47,124 nucleotides of DNA from Natrialbaceae archaeon (GTDB lineage: Archaea > Halobacteriota > Halobacteria > Halobacteriales > Natrialbaceae). How positions within the stretch are numbered: position 1 is the first letter of the stretch; every line of letters begins with the position of its first letter. The DNA lies in contig PUKM01000007.1 in NCBI GenBank assembly GCA_003552325.1, positions 1 through 47,124 of the forward strand, given 5' to 3'. Below are positions 31,925 to 41,650 of the stretch, in pieces. A model generated the notes under the pieces. The model made no database searches and was not told the DNA's origin. It was given only the letters and a program-made list of their open reading frames with translations. Position numbers and translations under genes: made by a program.

Positions 31925-34414
31925 GTGGAGCTAATTATTACGGAGAAGGATAACGCGGCGAGACGCATCGCCGATATCCTCAGCGGTGGATCGGCGTCGG
32001 CGACACGCGAGAACGGCGTCAACGTCTACGAATGGGGCGGTAAACGGTGTGTCGGGCTGTCGGGCCACGTCGTGGGCGTCGACTTCCCACCGGAGTACTC
32101 TGACTGGCGAGACGTCGAGCCCGTCGAACTCGTCGATGCCCAGATCGAAAAGACCGCCACCCAGGAGAACATCGTCGGCACGCTTCGGATTCTCGCAAGA
32201 CAGGCCGAACTCGTGACGATCGCGACGGACTACGATCGTGAAGGGGAACTCATCGGCAAGGAAGCCTACGAGATCGTCCGGGAGGTCAACGAAGACGTCC
32301 CGGTCAACCGCGTGCTGTTCTCCTCGATCACCGAGAACGAAGTCAAACGGGCGTTTGCCGACCCCGACGAGATCGATTTCGACCTCGCGGCCGCCGGCGA
32401 AGCTCGCCAGATCATCGACCTCGTCTGGGGGGCCGCGCTCACGCGATTTCTCTCGCTCTCATCGGGCCAACTCGGCAACGACTTCATCTCCGTCGGCCGG
32501 GTCCAGAGTCCGACCCTGAAGCTCATCGTCGACCGGGAACGGGAAATCGAGGCGTTCGACCCCGAATCGTACTGGGAGCTCTTCACTGACCTCTTCACGG
32601 CGGACGACGAGACCTTCGACGCTCAGTACTTCTACTACGACGAAGACGACAACGAGGCCGAACGCGTCTGGGAAGAAGCCGACGCCGAAGCCGCCTACGA
32701 GACGCTCTCGAGCACCGATCGGGCGACGGTCTCGAGCGTCAACGGTCGCCGACGGACGGACACTCCGCCGGAACCGTTCAACACCACACAGTTCATCCGG
32801 GCTGCGAGCGCGATTGGCTTCTCGGCCCAGCGGGCGATGTCGATCGCCGAGGACCTCTATACGGCAGGCTACATCACGTATCCGCGGACGGACAACACGG
32901 TCTATCCGGACGACCTCGAGGTCGAGACCCTGCTCGATTCGTTCGTCGGCCATCCCGTCCTCGGCGAGAGTGCCGAATCACTCCTCGAGGCCGACGAGGA
33001 CCTCGTTCCGACCGAAGGCGACGAGGAGACGACCGACCACCCCCCGATTCATCCGACGGGCGAAATTCCGGCTCGCGGCGGCGACGTGAACGACGACGAG
33101 TGGAAGGTGTACGAGCTCGTCGTCAGGCGATTCTACGCGACGGTCGCGCAAGCGGCCGTCTGGGAGCACCTCAAAGTCATCGCCGACGCCGAGGGCTGTC
33201 TGCTCAAAGCAAACGGCAAACGGCTCGTCGAGCCCGGCTACCACGCGGTGTATCCGTACTTCAGCACCACTGAAAACTTCGTTCCAGCCGTCGAGGAAGG
33301 CGAGACGCTGCACCTTACAGACGTCGAACTCGAGGCCAAAGAGACCCAACCGCCACGACGGTACGGTCAATCTCGACTCATTGAGACCATGGAGTCGATG
33401 GGAATCGGGACCAAATCGACACGCCACAACACGCTCGAGAAGCTCTATGACCGTGGGTACATCGAGAGCGACCCACCGCGGCCGACTCAGTTGGCGATGG
33501 CCGTCGTCGACGCCGCCGAGCAGTACGCAGACCGGGTCGTCAGCGAGGAGATGACGGCCCAGCTCGAGGCCGATATGGACGCGATTGCCCGCGGCGATGC
33601 AACCCTCGATGACGTCACCGACGACTCACGGGAGATGCTCGAAACCGTGTTCGACCAGCTTGAGGCCTCCCGTGAGGAGGTTGGTGACCACTTGCGAAAA
33701 TCCCTGAAAGCCGACAAGCGCCTGGGGCCGTGTCCAGAATGTGGCGAGGACCTCTTGGTTCGACGGAGCCGATACGGCTCGTACTTCATCGGCTGTGACG
33801 GCTATCCGGACTGTGAACACACCTTCCCGTTGCCCTCGACGGGCAAGCCACTCATCCTCGAGGAGGTCTGTGATGATCACGACCTCCACGAGGTAAAGAT
33901 GCTCGCGGGCCGCCAGACGTTCGTCCACGGCTGTCCGTTATGTAAGGCCGAGGCCGCCGGTGAAGGGCCCGTGCTCGGTCGGTGTCCCGACTGTGGCGAC
34001 GAACACGACGGCGAACTCGCGGTCAAAACGCTCCAGAGTGGCTCACGGCTGGTCGGGTGTACGCGCTATCCCGACTGTGAGTATTCGCTTCCACTGCCAC
34101 GACGCGGGGACATCGAAGTGACCGAGGCGATCTGTGACGACCACGAGCTTCCCGAACTCGTCATCCACAACGGCGACGAGCCCTGGGAACTGGGCTGTCC
34201 GATCTGTAATTACCAGGAGTTCCAGGCCAGAGAGGCCGAAAGCGGCTCCGCACTCGAGTCGATCGACGGGATCGGCGCCAAAACCGTGGAGAAACTGGCG
34301 GCAGCGGGGATCGATTCACTCGATGATCTGACCGATGCCGATCCGGAGACCGTGGCTGACTCAGTCGACGGCGTGAGTGCAGACCGGATCCGTTCCTGGC
34401 AGGCGAAAGCCTAG
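31925..34414 (+). CDS. topA: DNA topoisomerase I (type IA)
   Basis: TEK, ATDYDREGE TOPRIM, GRVQSPTL, ITYPRTD active Tyr, Zn ribbons, C-terminal HhH; GTG start after GGAGGTGA. Confidence 0.97.
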   Translation: MELIITEKDNAARRIADILSGGSASATRENGVNVYEWGGKRCVGLSGHVVGVDFPPEYSDWRDVEPVELVDAQIEKTATQENIVGTLRILARQAELVTIATDYDREGELIGKEAYEIVREVNEDVPVNRVLFSSITENEVKRAFADPDEIDFDLAAAGEARQIIDLVWGAALTRFLSLSSGQLGNDFISVGRVQSPTLKLIVDREREIEAFDPESYWELFTDLFTADDETFDAQYFYYDEDDNEAERVWEEADAEAAYETLSSTDRATVSSVNGRRRTDTPPEPFNTTQFIRAASAIGFSAQRAMSIAEDLYTAGYITYPRTDNTVYPDDLEVETLLDSFVGHPVLGESAESLLEADEDLVPTEGDEETTDHPPIHPTGEIPARGGDVNDDEWKVYELVVRRFYATVAQAAVWEHLKVIADAEGCLLKANGKRLVEPGYHAVYPYFSTTENFVPAVEEGETLHLTDVELEAKETQPPRRYGQSRLIETMESMGIGTKSTRHNTLEKLYDRGYIESDPPRPTQLAMAVVDAAEQYADRVVSEEMTAQLEADMDAIARGDATLDDVTDDSREMLETVFDQLEASREEVGDHLRKSLKADKRLGPCPECGEDLLVRRSRYGSYFIGCDGYPDCEHTFPLPSTGKPLILEEVCDDHDLHEVKMLAGRQTFVHGCPLCKAEAAGEGPVLGRCPDCGDEHDGELAVKTLQSGSRLVGCTRYPDCEYSLPLPRRGDIEVTEAICDDHELPELVIHNGDEPWELGCPICNYQEFQAREAESGSALESIDGIGAKTVEKLAAAGIDSLDDLTDADPETVADSVDGVSADRIRSWQAKA

Positions 34415-34451
34415 AGCGATTGGTTTGGAGACGCAGACGGGTAAGGAGTCC

Positions 34452-34657
34452 TCACTCGTCCTCGAGTGCGCAGGTACGTCTCGGCAGTCTGTTGGTGGCG
34501 GGAGAGCGTGGACGAAAGACGAGCGGGAGGTGGACCACTCGTTCCCGGGAAACGAGCGGCGATGTGGCGACGGGCCGGGACGACGCGCAGATGCCGGTCG
34601 TGACGTGAAAAGCGTCGGTAACCGGCATCTACACCTTGGTGAGCGAGTACATAAATA
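34452..34657 (-). ncRNA. Candidate structured small RNA (or 58-aa small ORF 34628..34452) with its own TATA box
   Basis: TATTTAT at 34657-34651 (minus); 12-bp stem 34632-34621/34598-34587 and 9-bp stem 34559-34551/34543-34535, each with its single non-Watson-Crick position forming a G-U pair on the minus strand. Confidence 0.4.
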
Positions 34658-34690
34658 CACAGCGGTCGGCGTGGACAGTATCTCGGCCAC

Positions 34691-35527
34691 TCACAACCGG
34701 CGGTCCCGGAGCGGTGGGAACGTCTCACGCGTCTCCTCGACGACGGCCGGATCGATCTCCGTGATCACCATCGCTGGGTCGTCACGGCTCGAGGCGAGGA
34801 TCGTTCCCCAGGGGTCGTACACCGTCGAGTGTCCAAGTAGGGTGGCGTCGTCGAACGTTCCGGTTCCGTTGATCGTTGCGAGGTAACACTGGTTCTCGAT
34901 GGCCCGAGCCTTCGAAAGGGTCTGCCAGTGCTCGAGGCGGGGATACGGCCAGGCGCTTGGGACGAGGAGCAGGTCAGCGCCCTGGTCGATGAGCCGACGA
35001 TAGAGTTCGGGAAAGCGCAGGTCATAGCAGGTACTGACGCCAATGGTGAAGCCACACAGGTCCGTCGTCTCGGTCCGTTCACCCGGGACCAACAGCTCCG
35101 TTTCCGCCGAGCCGTAGCCAAAGAGGTGGTGTTTCCGAAAGACGAGTTCGATCGATCCAGCCGAGGATATGAGCGCGGTCGTGTTCGCGTACCCTGCTTC
35201 GGCCGGCGTCTCGTCCGTCTCAGTTGCAGCGAGGTCTTCGACGAAACTGCCAGCCAACACGGCGATATCGTTGGCCGCTGCGGTCTCCCGTAGCGCGGTG
35301 ATCGTCGCTCCCTCGAGCGGTTCCGCCGACTCCTCGTAGACGTCGAACGCGAAGTATCCCACGGTGAAGAGTTCGGGGAGACAGACGAGGTCGGCCCCAC
35401 GCCCGGCTGCCGTCTCGATTGCCCGACGGGCGGCTGCCAGATTCTGCTCGGGCTCGCGTGGTTCGATCTCGAGTTGCGCCAGTGCCAACGTGACTGCGTC
35501 CGATGTGGGTGTCAGCGAGGGAGTCAT
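34691..35527 (-). CDS. Carbon-nitrogen hydrolase (nitrilase/omega-amidase family)
   Basis: LPELF, RKHHLF, TCYDLRFPE triad; ARAIENQ. Confidence 0.93.
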   Translation of the reverse strand: MTPSLTPTSDAVTLALAQLEIEPREPEQNLAAARRAIETAAGRGADLVCLPELFTVGYFAFDVYEESAEPLEGATITALRETAAANDIAVLAGSFVEDLAATETDETPAEAGYANTTALISSAGSIELVFRKHHLFGYGSAETELLVPGERTETTDLCGFTIGVSTCYDLRFPELYRRLIDQGADLLLVPSAWPYPRLEHWQTLSKARAIENQCYLATINGTGTFDDATLLGHSTVYDPWGTILASSRDDPAMVITEIDPAVVEETRETFPPLRDRRL

Positions 35528-35955
35528 GCGTTTCGAATATCGCGGTCGAGTTCGCGTTTGAGATTGTCGAGTTCACCGTCGAGGTTACGTTTAAAAAACC
35601 GTTCGACACCTGGGACGTGGCCGTCGACGACGAACGTATTCTCGAGCCGGGTACCGGCTTCGGTGGGAACGATCTGGTGTTCACCCCGAACGTCGAGCAG
35701 TTTCGAGCGGCCCACGAACTCGACGTACTCGGGTGGGTTTCGAATGATGTCTTCGGTTTCGATACGCACCGTTTTCGTCACGAGAGGCAACGGGAGTTTG
35801 ACGTGCCACGTCGCGACGCGTCCGTCCGGATCAGCCGTCGTATAGTCGGTCACCACGCTGATCGACCGAGCGCGCTTTTCTGGATCGGCAATAAACGCCC
35901 AGACGCGCTCCGGCGTGGCCTGTACGTCAAACGATCGTTCGACCCGGACAGTCAT
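35524..35955 (-). CDS. SRPBCC/CoxG family protein
   Basis: MTVRVERSF..ATPERVWAFIADPE; start at ATG 35955. Confidence 0.85.
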   Translation of the reverse strand: MTVRVERSFDVQATPERVWAFIADPEKRARSISVVTDYTTADPDGRVATWHVKLPLPLVTKTVRIETEDIIRNPPEYVEFVGRSKLLDVRGEHQIVPTEAGTRLENTFVVDGHVPGVERFFKRNLDGELDNLKRELDRDIRNA

Positions 35956-36038
35956 ATCTGTCTCTCCGTGGCTGCACGGTAAAAAGACGGCGTATTGGGG
36001 CAGTCTGTGACGTACGTTTACCTCGGAACGAGCGACTG

Positions 36039-36263
36039 TTAGCTCATCGTCACTTTCCAGGTCGTCGACCGCGCGCGCCCCCACTTTTCGATGTCGATGT
36101 CCTCGGTTTTCTCAGCCAAATGGGGCAGGCGAACGCCGACCTGTTTCGCCGAGAGGTCGATGGCTTTCGCGATGTTCTTGGCTCTGAAGTACTGCTCGCC
36201 ACGAGAGGCACTCTCGCGGAGGTACGAGAGAATTCGCTGTTCTTCATCGGAGTACTCCGTCAT
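36039..36263 (-). CDS. Small conserved haloarchaeal winged-helix protein
   Basis: YFRAKNIAKAIDLSAKQVG...IEKWGRARSTTWKV. Confidence 0.8.
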   Translation of the reverse strand: MTEYSDEEQRILSYLRESASRGEQYFRAKNIAKAIDLSAKQVGVRLPHLAEKTEDIDIEKWGRARSTTWKVTMS

Positions 36264-36306
36264 CGTGGTCAGCAAAACGTACGACCTCGGTCGTCTTAAC
36301 TGTTCG

Positions 36307-36492
36307 TCAGTCCGCGTAGACGTGCATCCCGATGATCGCGACTGCCCCGAAGATCAGCGCCGCGGCGAATCCCCAGGCAGCCTCGAGTTCCGGTGCGGCA
36401 ATCAACATGACGAGCGCCCCGAGGAGGGCAACGGCACCAAACGCCAGCGCAACCCCGATCCCCTTGTCAGTCGAGTGAGCGTATTCTGCCAT
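36307..36492 (-). CDS. Small two-TM membrane protein
   Basis: MAEYAHSTDKGIGVALAFGAVALLG...AAWGFAAA...HVYAD, the 3' end of the long 36307..37545 ORF; TTAA upstream. Confidence 0.7.
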   Translation of the reverse strand: MAEYAHSTDKGIGVALAFGAVALLGALVMLIAAPELEAAWGFAAALIFGAVAIIGMHVYAD

Positions 36493-36582
36493 ACTGGCGA
36501 TTTTGAGCGGCGGTCTCTTAATTGCACCCCTTCGTCCCCGACCGAGAGGTTTACCTTCCGACCGGGGAACGCTTCGACAGGT

Positions 36583-37692
36583 ATGACGCTCCCCGTCGTC
36601 AAATCCCTCCTCTTTGGACGTACGTTTCGGCTGGTTGTGACCGTCGTTTTCGTGCTCGTGGTCGCCATCGGTAGTGCGGTTGCGGCCGGCGTCATCGGTA
36701 TTCCCTCCCTCGAGTCGATCGACAACGAGTTCGGTGACGTCGACGAAGAGCAAACCGAAATCCTGACCGAGATGAGCGTCGACAACCCCAACCCGATCGG
36801 CGTGGCATCGGCTGACGTCGATGCGACGTACGTGGTTTCGGTGAACGACGTCGAGATGGCCGACGGTGGAGGGACGGGCATCGCCCTCGAGCCAGGTCTG
36901 GCTACCGAATCGTTCCGCACCCAGATGCAAAACGATCGCATTCCGGAGTGGTGGGTGACGCACATCGAGAACGACGAACGAACGACGGTCGATATCGACG
37001 CGACGGTCTCGAGTGGCGCTCTCGATCGCTCGACGGAGATCAGTGAGCAGGAGACGGTCGAAACGGATCTCATGGCCGAGTTCAACTCCGATGAAACGCG
37101 GCCAGTCGATGCCGATCACGTGCTCGTGGATGATCCGTTCCTCTACGTCAACAGGACGGAGGGCGAGTGGGGTGACGTTGACGATGACCACACCGAAATC
37201 GACCTTCGGTTCGACATCTACAATCCACAGGTGTACACCGTACCAATGACCCAACTCGGCTATGACATTTCGATGAATCAGGTCGCGATCGGCGAGGGGG
37301 AAAGCGACCGTGAGCACGTTCTTCCGCCCGGTGAGACCACGACGGTCGAGACGACGACCCGCATCCAAAACGACAATCTCGACGTGTGGTGGCCAACGCA
37401 CATCGAAAACGACGAGGTCTCCGAGCTGGTGATCGAGTTTAGCGGCGAGTTCGAAGTCGTCGACGGCACGGTTATCCAGGTTCCACTCGAGGGACTCGAC
37501 TACGAGGATACGATCGAGACGGACATCTGGGGGAACGAGGACCAAGATCGGGACCAGGGCCAGGGCGAGAGTGCAGGAGATGATGGGTCAGAGGATGATG
37601 GGACGAGCGACGGGACCGACGATGGTGATGACACTTCAAACGAGGCTGGTGACGACGAAAGCGATGATGGTGCGCTCCCGCTCGATCTGTAG
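36583..37692 (+). CDS. LEA type 2 (WHy) duplicated-domain membrane-anchored protein
   Basis: N-terminal TM, two NP-containing repeats each ending WWxTHIENDE, acidic tail; start at ATG 36583. Confidence 0.85.
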   Translation: MTLPVVKSLLFGRTFRLVVTVVFVLVVAIGSAVAAGVIGIPSLESIDNEFGDVDEEQTEILTEMSVDNPNPIGVASADVDATYVVSVNDVEMADGGGTGIALEPGLATESFRTQMQNDRIPEWWVTHIENDERTTVDIDATVSSGALDRSTEISEQETVETDLMAEFNSDETRPVDADHVLVDDPFLYVNRTEGEWGDVDDDHTEIDLRFDIYNPQVYTVPMTQLGYDISMNQVAIGEGESDREHVLPPGETTTVETTTRIQNDNLDVWWPTHIENDEVSELVIEFSGEFEVVDGTVIQVPLEGLDYEDTIETDIWGNEDQDRDQGQGESAGDDGSEDDGTSDGTDDGDDTSNEAGDDESDDGALPLDL

Positions 37693-37876
37693 GCTTTGAA
37701 AGCCATCTCGTGGGCATCGTGCGCTCCGTATGGAACTCGGGGGTTATCACCGCTCGAGGACGTCCGATCTGTCTGGGCCCAGAACCGTCCCAGCCGACAC
37801 CATTAGCGCTCGTGGAGAACGGTCATCGGTCCTGATAGATGAAAGGTTCATGCTGTTGGATGTGGGGACGATTTGT

Positions 37877-38278
37877 ATGCGACGACGCGACTATCTGGCT
37901 GGTGCAACCGGTGCGATCGGCCTCGCAGTACTGAGTGGGACCTCGGCAGCCGACACCACGACCCCACGGTTTCACGTCATGGGTGATGGCCTCGGCGTCT
38001 CGATCAATCGAACGAACGCCCCGGTACAGGCCGGGGAGCGCCTCGAGGTCATGTACAGTGTCGGCAGTGGTACCGAACCGACGCGAGATGTGGTCAGACT
38101 GTTGGCGGGCGACGAAATCGTTGCGGCTGAAACGTGGGACCTCGTGGCGGAGGCAACGGTGACAGACGCGCTTCAATATCCGACGTTTCGGACCAATCAG
38201 GACGTCACGTTCGACGTGACACTGATGACCCATCGTGATCAGGATTCGACGACGGTGACTGTCGAGGCAAGCGAGTAA
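37877..38278 (+). CDS. Small Tat-exported hypothetical protein (Ig/CARDB-like)
   Basis: MRRRDYLAG twin-arginine signal; TNAPVQAGERLEV beta-rich body. Confidence 0.65.
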   Translation: MRRRDYLAGATGAIGLAVLSGTSAADTTTPRFHVMGDGLGVSINRTNAPVQAGERLEVMYSVGSGTEPTRDVVRLLAGDEIVAAETWDLVAEATVTDALQYPTFRTNQDVTFDVTLMTHRDQDSTTVTVEASE

Positions 38279-38280
38279 GT

Positions 38281-38288
38281 ACCCGACC
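38281..38288. repeat. Left target-site duplication ACCCGACC
   Basis: Identical to 39689-39696; abuts the left TIR. Confidence 0.9.
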
Positions 38289-38575
38289 GGCTTTGTTGAA
38301 ATTCTCGGTAGATGATAAGATTCAACTGCTGAATACACAGCGCGTATCTTGTACAGCGGTTATTCAGATAGCAGCCATCGAATTCGTTAGTACAGAATAT
38401 CGAAGCTACTGTCGTTTCAGACGGAGGATAGTGAGATCCCAGTCTGGTTTAGATTCATCATTGTGGAGAAGTTCATACCCGCAATCGCTTACGGTCACCC
38501 CATTCTGATGTGCCTGGCGGACAAGTTCATCTAAGGATTCCTCTAATTCGGCCTTCGAACTTGGAGACCACTCAC

Positions 38576-38827
38576 TCATTGCACAGACACGTAGCCGTCA
38601 CTACAGACTGTAACTTCGCACCCGTTGTAGGAGAAGGTCACTTGGCCTTCCTTCCGACCAGTGGTCGGCGTACTGACGAAGAGTTGGTCCAAAGCATCGG
38701 GGTCAATTACTTCGTAGAGCGGGGGAGATAGTTCCAGAGGGTCAACGCCTATTTCTCCGGCTACTTTTTTAACGACTTTGTGACATACAGTATTGACGTT
38801 CGCTGTTACGGTATTTTGGTGAATCAT
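38576..38827 (-). CDS. HalOD1 output-domain protein
   Basis: VAGEIGVDPLELSPPLYEVIDPDALDQLF...VTFSYNGCEVTV. Confidence 0.9.
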   Translation of the reverse strand: MIHQNTVTANVNTVCHKVVKKVAGEIGVDPLELSPPLYEVIDPDALDQLFVSTPTTGRKEGQVTFSYNGCEVTVCSDGYVSVQ

Positions 38828-38906
38828 TGCCCACTGTAGTCACTCACCCTTTTTAAACATATTGCTTTATTGATAATTTCCAGAGAGACTTAAGGCGGAC
38901 TGGAAA

Positions 38907-39395
38907 TTAGCCAGTGTCCCCCTCACTCGTAAACTCGTTCCCGAAGTGGTTGTACGGGTTTGTTTGTTCCTGTTTCATCATCTCCATTCGTTCAATATCG
39001 ACACCGAGAGAGTCCAAAGCTTCAAGGGACTCCTCTATGTCCTCCGACGTGCGGCCCACTACCTCCAGTGACAGATTTTCGTTGTTAGTCAATAGCTCAC
39101 GAACACTTACGATACCAGATACCTCCATAATCTCGTCCAGTATCTTCTCTCGGTCCGCGAGGGGGACTGTCGCAGTTATTAGGAGGTGGTGACCTAACCC
39201 CGTTTCACTGTACTTGATGATTGGGTGATAACCGATAATGACGCCGCGCTCCTCAAGACTGTTGATTCGATTAGCGACCGTACTGGACGAAACACCGACT
39301 TGCTCAGCCATGTCCTCGGTAGTGTTACGTCGGGCGTTCTCCTGGAGGAGATACAGTATGGCTTTATCCACATTGTCGAGTTCCTTGGAAACCAT
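38907..39395 (-). CDS. Lrp/AsnC family transcriptional regulator
   Basis: LDNVDKAILYLLQENAR...MAEQVGVSSSTVANRINSLEERGVIIGY; start at ATG 39395. Confidence 0.92.
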   Translation of the reverse strand: MVSKELDNVDKAILYLLQENARRNTTEDMAEQVGVSSSTVANRINSLEERGVIIGYHPIIKYSETGLGHHLLITATVPLADREKILDEIMEVSGIVSVRELLTNNENLSLEVVGRTSEDIEESLEALDSLGVDIERMEMMKQEQTNPYNHFGNEFTSEGDTG

Positions 39396-39688
39396 CAGTA
39401 GACTGTAGGGGTCGAAACCGGAAGTGGCTTTCCGGGGCAAACAACACACGCTGACCGCGCCGGTTGTTGCCGCGTGGTTATAGTCAATATTGAATAATAC
39501 ATCTATTACGAATAAACCGACCTGGACGATCGGAATACGGTGGAGACGAGCTTCGAGATACACACGTATAGTGAGCGGATGGTTCATCACTTTTGCCGAG
39601 AAACAAACAGAGCCGTCGTGCTGCACTAATACTCTGTATTCATCACGACGAGCGAAAAGTATCACCGCTTGAGGATTTCAACAAGGCC

Positions 39689-39696
39689 ACCCGACC
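39689..39696. repeat. Right target-site duplication ACCCGACC
   Basis: Identical to 38281-38288; abuts the right TIR. Confidence 0.9.
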
Positions 39697-39747
39697 CTAG
39701 CTCGAGCAACCACTGGGTTTTTGGACCTCCACCGGGTCCTCTCGGCT

Positions 39748-41013
39748 ATGACACTCGATCCGGTCCACTACGACGGGATCGCCCGTCTCGCCCGACGGAT
39801 CGATCACGGGGCAGACGATCGCGACCACCGGGCGTTCGCCGACACCGTCTGGAACGACTTTCTCGACCCGCTCGTCCACGATGGGCGTGTCGTCCTCGAG
39901 CCCGTCGGCGACGTCTCGAAACACCTGGTCCCGCTCGAGGACGTTGCTCTCTGTGACCCCCCGTTTCCGACCGTCCACGGCCTCGATGCGGGCACGATCA
40001 ACCCCACGATGTTCAAAAACGGGCTCATCATCGATATCGCCCAGGCTGCGATGAGCGCCACCCCATCGGACCTCGACATCCACCGGGCTCGGACCGTCGT
40101 CGCGACGGTTCACTCGAACGATCCGACAGCACACGTCCAAGAGGGCTGGGATCGGTTCGACGAGCGGTACAGTCGCTCACGTGCCGTCAAAATCCCGCCA
40201 CTCCCCCGGTTCGCCGAGGGCGTCGTCCACGCCATCGCGCTCTACCTCGCCGAGAGCGAACACGCCCTCGAACACGCCGAAGACGTGACCGATTTACTCG
40301 TTCTCGACGGACCGCTCTATCCGCGTGGGCTCTTGCGCTGGTCGGATCAACACCCCGACCTGGCGACGTTTCTCGAGGAGGAAACACAGCCAACGGAGGT
40401 GCTCGAGAACTACGTCCGCCTCGTGGAGACGTTCGTCGAACGGGAGGTCCCGCTCGTGGGGTTCGTCAAAAACCCGGCGACTCGCGTCATTACGCGAACG
40501 GTGAAAGCGAAAGGCGCTGACGCTCCCTGGGGTGACGATTCGGCGTTTTTCACCCGCATTCTCGAGCGAGGGGAGTACGTCGACGACATCAACGGCGATC
40601 GGTGGGAGCGCGATACCGATCACCTGACCCACACCTGTTGGTTCCGCTCTCGTGGTGGCGTCGATCACCCGCTATCGATCGACGGCGACGCGTTGGGTGT
40701 CGAACGGCGACTCGAGCGCGAGGCCTACGAAGTGACGTTTTTCGTCATCTACGATCCTCGAGACGATCTCGTCTATCGGGTGGAAGCACCCTACGCGTTC
40801 GTGCGGGATGCGGGGCTCCGGAAGCGACTGACCCGACACCTGCTCCAGGAGGTGGCGGTTGCACACGGTCCCCCACAGGCCATCGAAAAGGCCGACGAAC
40901 TCGCACGGATCAGCGCCACGGAGAAACAGTCACTCCAGACGGCACTCGAGGACCAATTCGAGACGGTCACCAGACGCAATTACAACGATAAGCGGTGGGG
41001 AGACGAGTACTAG
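39748..41013 (+). CDS. nurA: DNA double-strand break repair nuclease NurA family
   Basis: HGLDAG, LVLDGPLY, VGFVKN, YRVEAP, GPP..IEKADELARI; start at ATG 39748. Confidence 0.85.
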   Translation: MTLDPVHYDGIARLARRIDHGADDRDHRAFADTVWNDFLDPLVHDGRVVLEPVGDVSKHLVPLEDVALCDPPFPTVHGLDAGTINPTMFKNGLIIDIAQAAMSATPSDLDIHRARTVVATVHSNDPTAHVQEGWDRFDERYSRSRAVKIPPLPRFAEGVVHAIALYLAESEHALEHAEDVTDLLVLDGPLYPRGLLRWSDQHPDLATFLEEETQPTEVLENYVRLVETFVEREVPLVGFVKNPATRVITRTVKAKGADAPWGDDSAFFTRILERGEYVDDINGDRWERDTDHLTHTCWFRSRGGVDHPLSIDGDALGVERRLEREAYEVTFFVIYDPRDDLVYRVEAPYAFVRDAGLRKRLTRHLLQEVAVAHGPPQAIEKADELARISATEKQSLQTALEDQFETVTRRNYNDKRWGDEY

Positions 41014-41381
41014 TCGGCGTCGCCCTCTATCGTCCCGTCTTCGGTGGCGGGGATTTCGCCTTTTTCAACGGTGAACTCGACGCGGTCGGGGTCGACGCCG
41101 ATCCTGGCGAACTGTGTCTTGATGTGACTCTTCGCCGCCTCGAGTGCCCGCTCCCGTGTGTCGAATCCACGCGGCATCGGTGTGTCGAACGCGACGTTGA
41201 TGGCCTCGTCGTCGACACGTTGGACGGTCCCGCCGCTTTCGACCTCGTAGAACTCATCACAGATCCAGATATACGGGGCGTCCTCGTCCGGCGCACCGCG
41301 AAAGGTTGGGGCGTCTTCGCCCCGTTCGTAGAGCGTCCCGGTCAATTCCGTACCGCCGGCACGACCGCGTACGAATAACAT
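41010..41381 (-). CDS. Conserved haloarchaeal hypothetical protein
   Basis: MLFVRGRAGGTELTGTLYERGE...YIWICDEFYEVESGG...TQFARIG; acidic, typical codon usage. Confidence 0.75.
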   Translation of the reverse strand: MLFVRGRAGGTELTGTLYERGEDAPTFRGAPDEDAPYIWICDEFYEVESGGTVQRVDDEAINVAFDTPMPRGFDTRERALEAAKSHIKTQFARIGVDPDRVEFTVEKGEIPATEDGTIEGDAD

Positions 41382-41650
41382 GTCCATCTATAGGTTCTCG
41401 AAACGGAAAAAGCGGCGGGTGACCCACGACAGCTCTTTCATACATCTGGAGCTCTCAACCCGCTTTGTGTCCCAATTGCCCCTCCACATCCGCTTCCTCG
41501 AGCCGAGAACAGGTGAAAGACAGTGCACGTGCGCTGTCCCGTGGCGCGTCTGGAGTCTATCAATAGCAATTCGGAGGGATCCATACACCTGGGAAAAAAT
41601 ATTCGCAACAATTGAAAAGGTATTAGTGGCTTGTTTCGCAGGTGCAATGC

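Larger units (their letters stand above)
38289..39688. mobile_element. Non-autonomous IS5-like cassette (1,400 bp) carrying HalOD1 and Lrp/AsnC genes
   Basis: TIRs GGCTTTGTTGAAATTCTC (38289-38306) and GAGGATTTCAACAAGGCC (39671-39688), 16/18 match; perfect 8-bp TSD; AT-richer interior; no transposase ORF. Confidence 0.85.

Noticed and set aside
36091-36582. 5' extension of the LEA2 ORF, and the 412-aa ORF 36307..37545
   Set aside because: Both overlap real small genes on the opposite strand; true starts are more plausibly 36583 (+) and 36492 (-)
38293-38731. Short ORFs inside the cassette (38293..38508, 38510..38731, 39490..39672) as possible transposase remnants
   Set aside because: No DDE or other transposase motifs recognised; atypical composition
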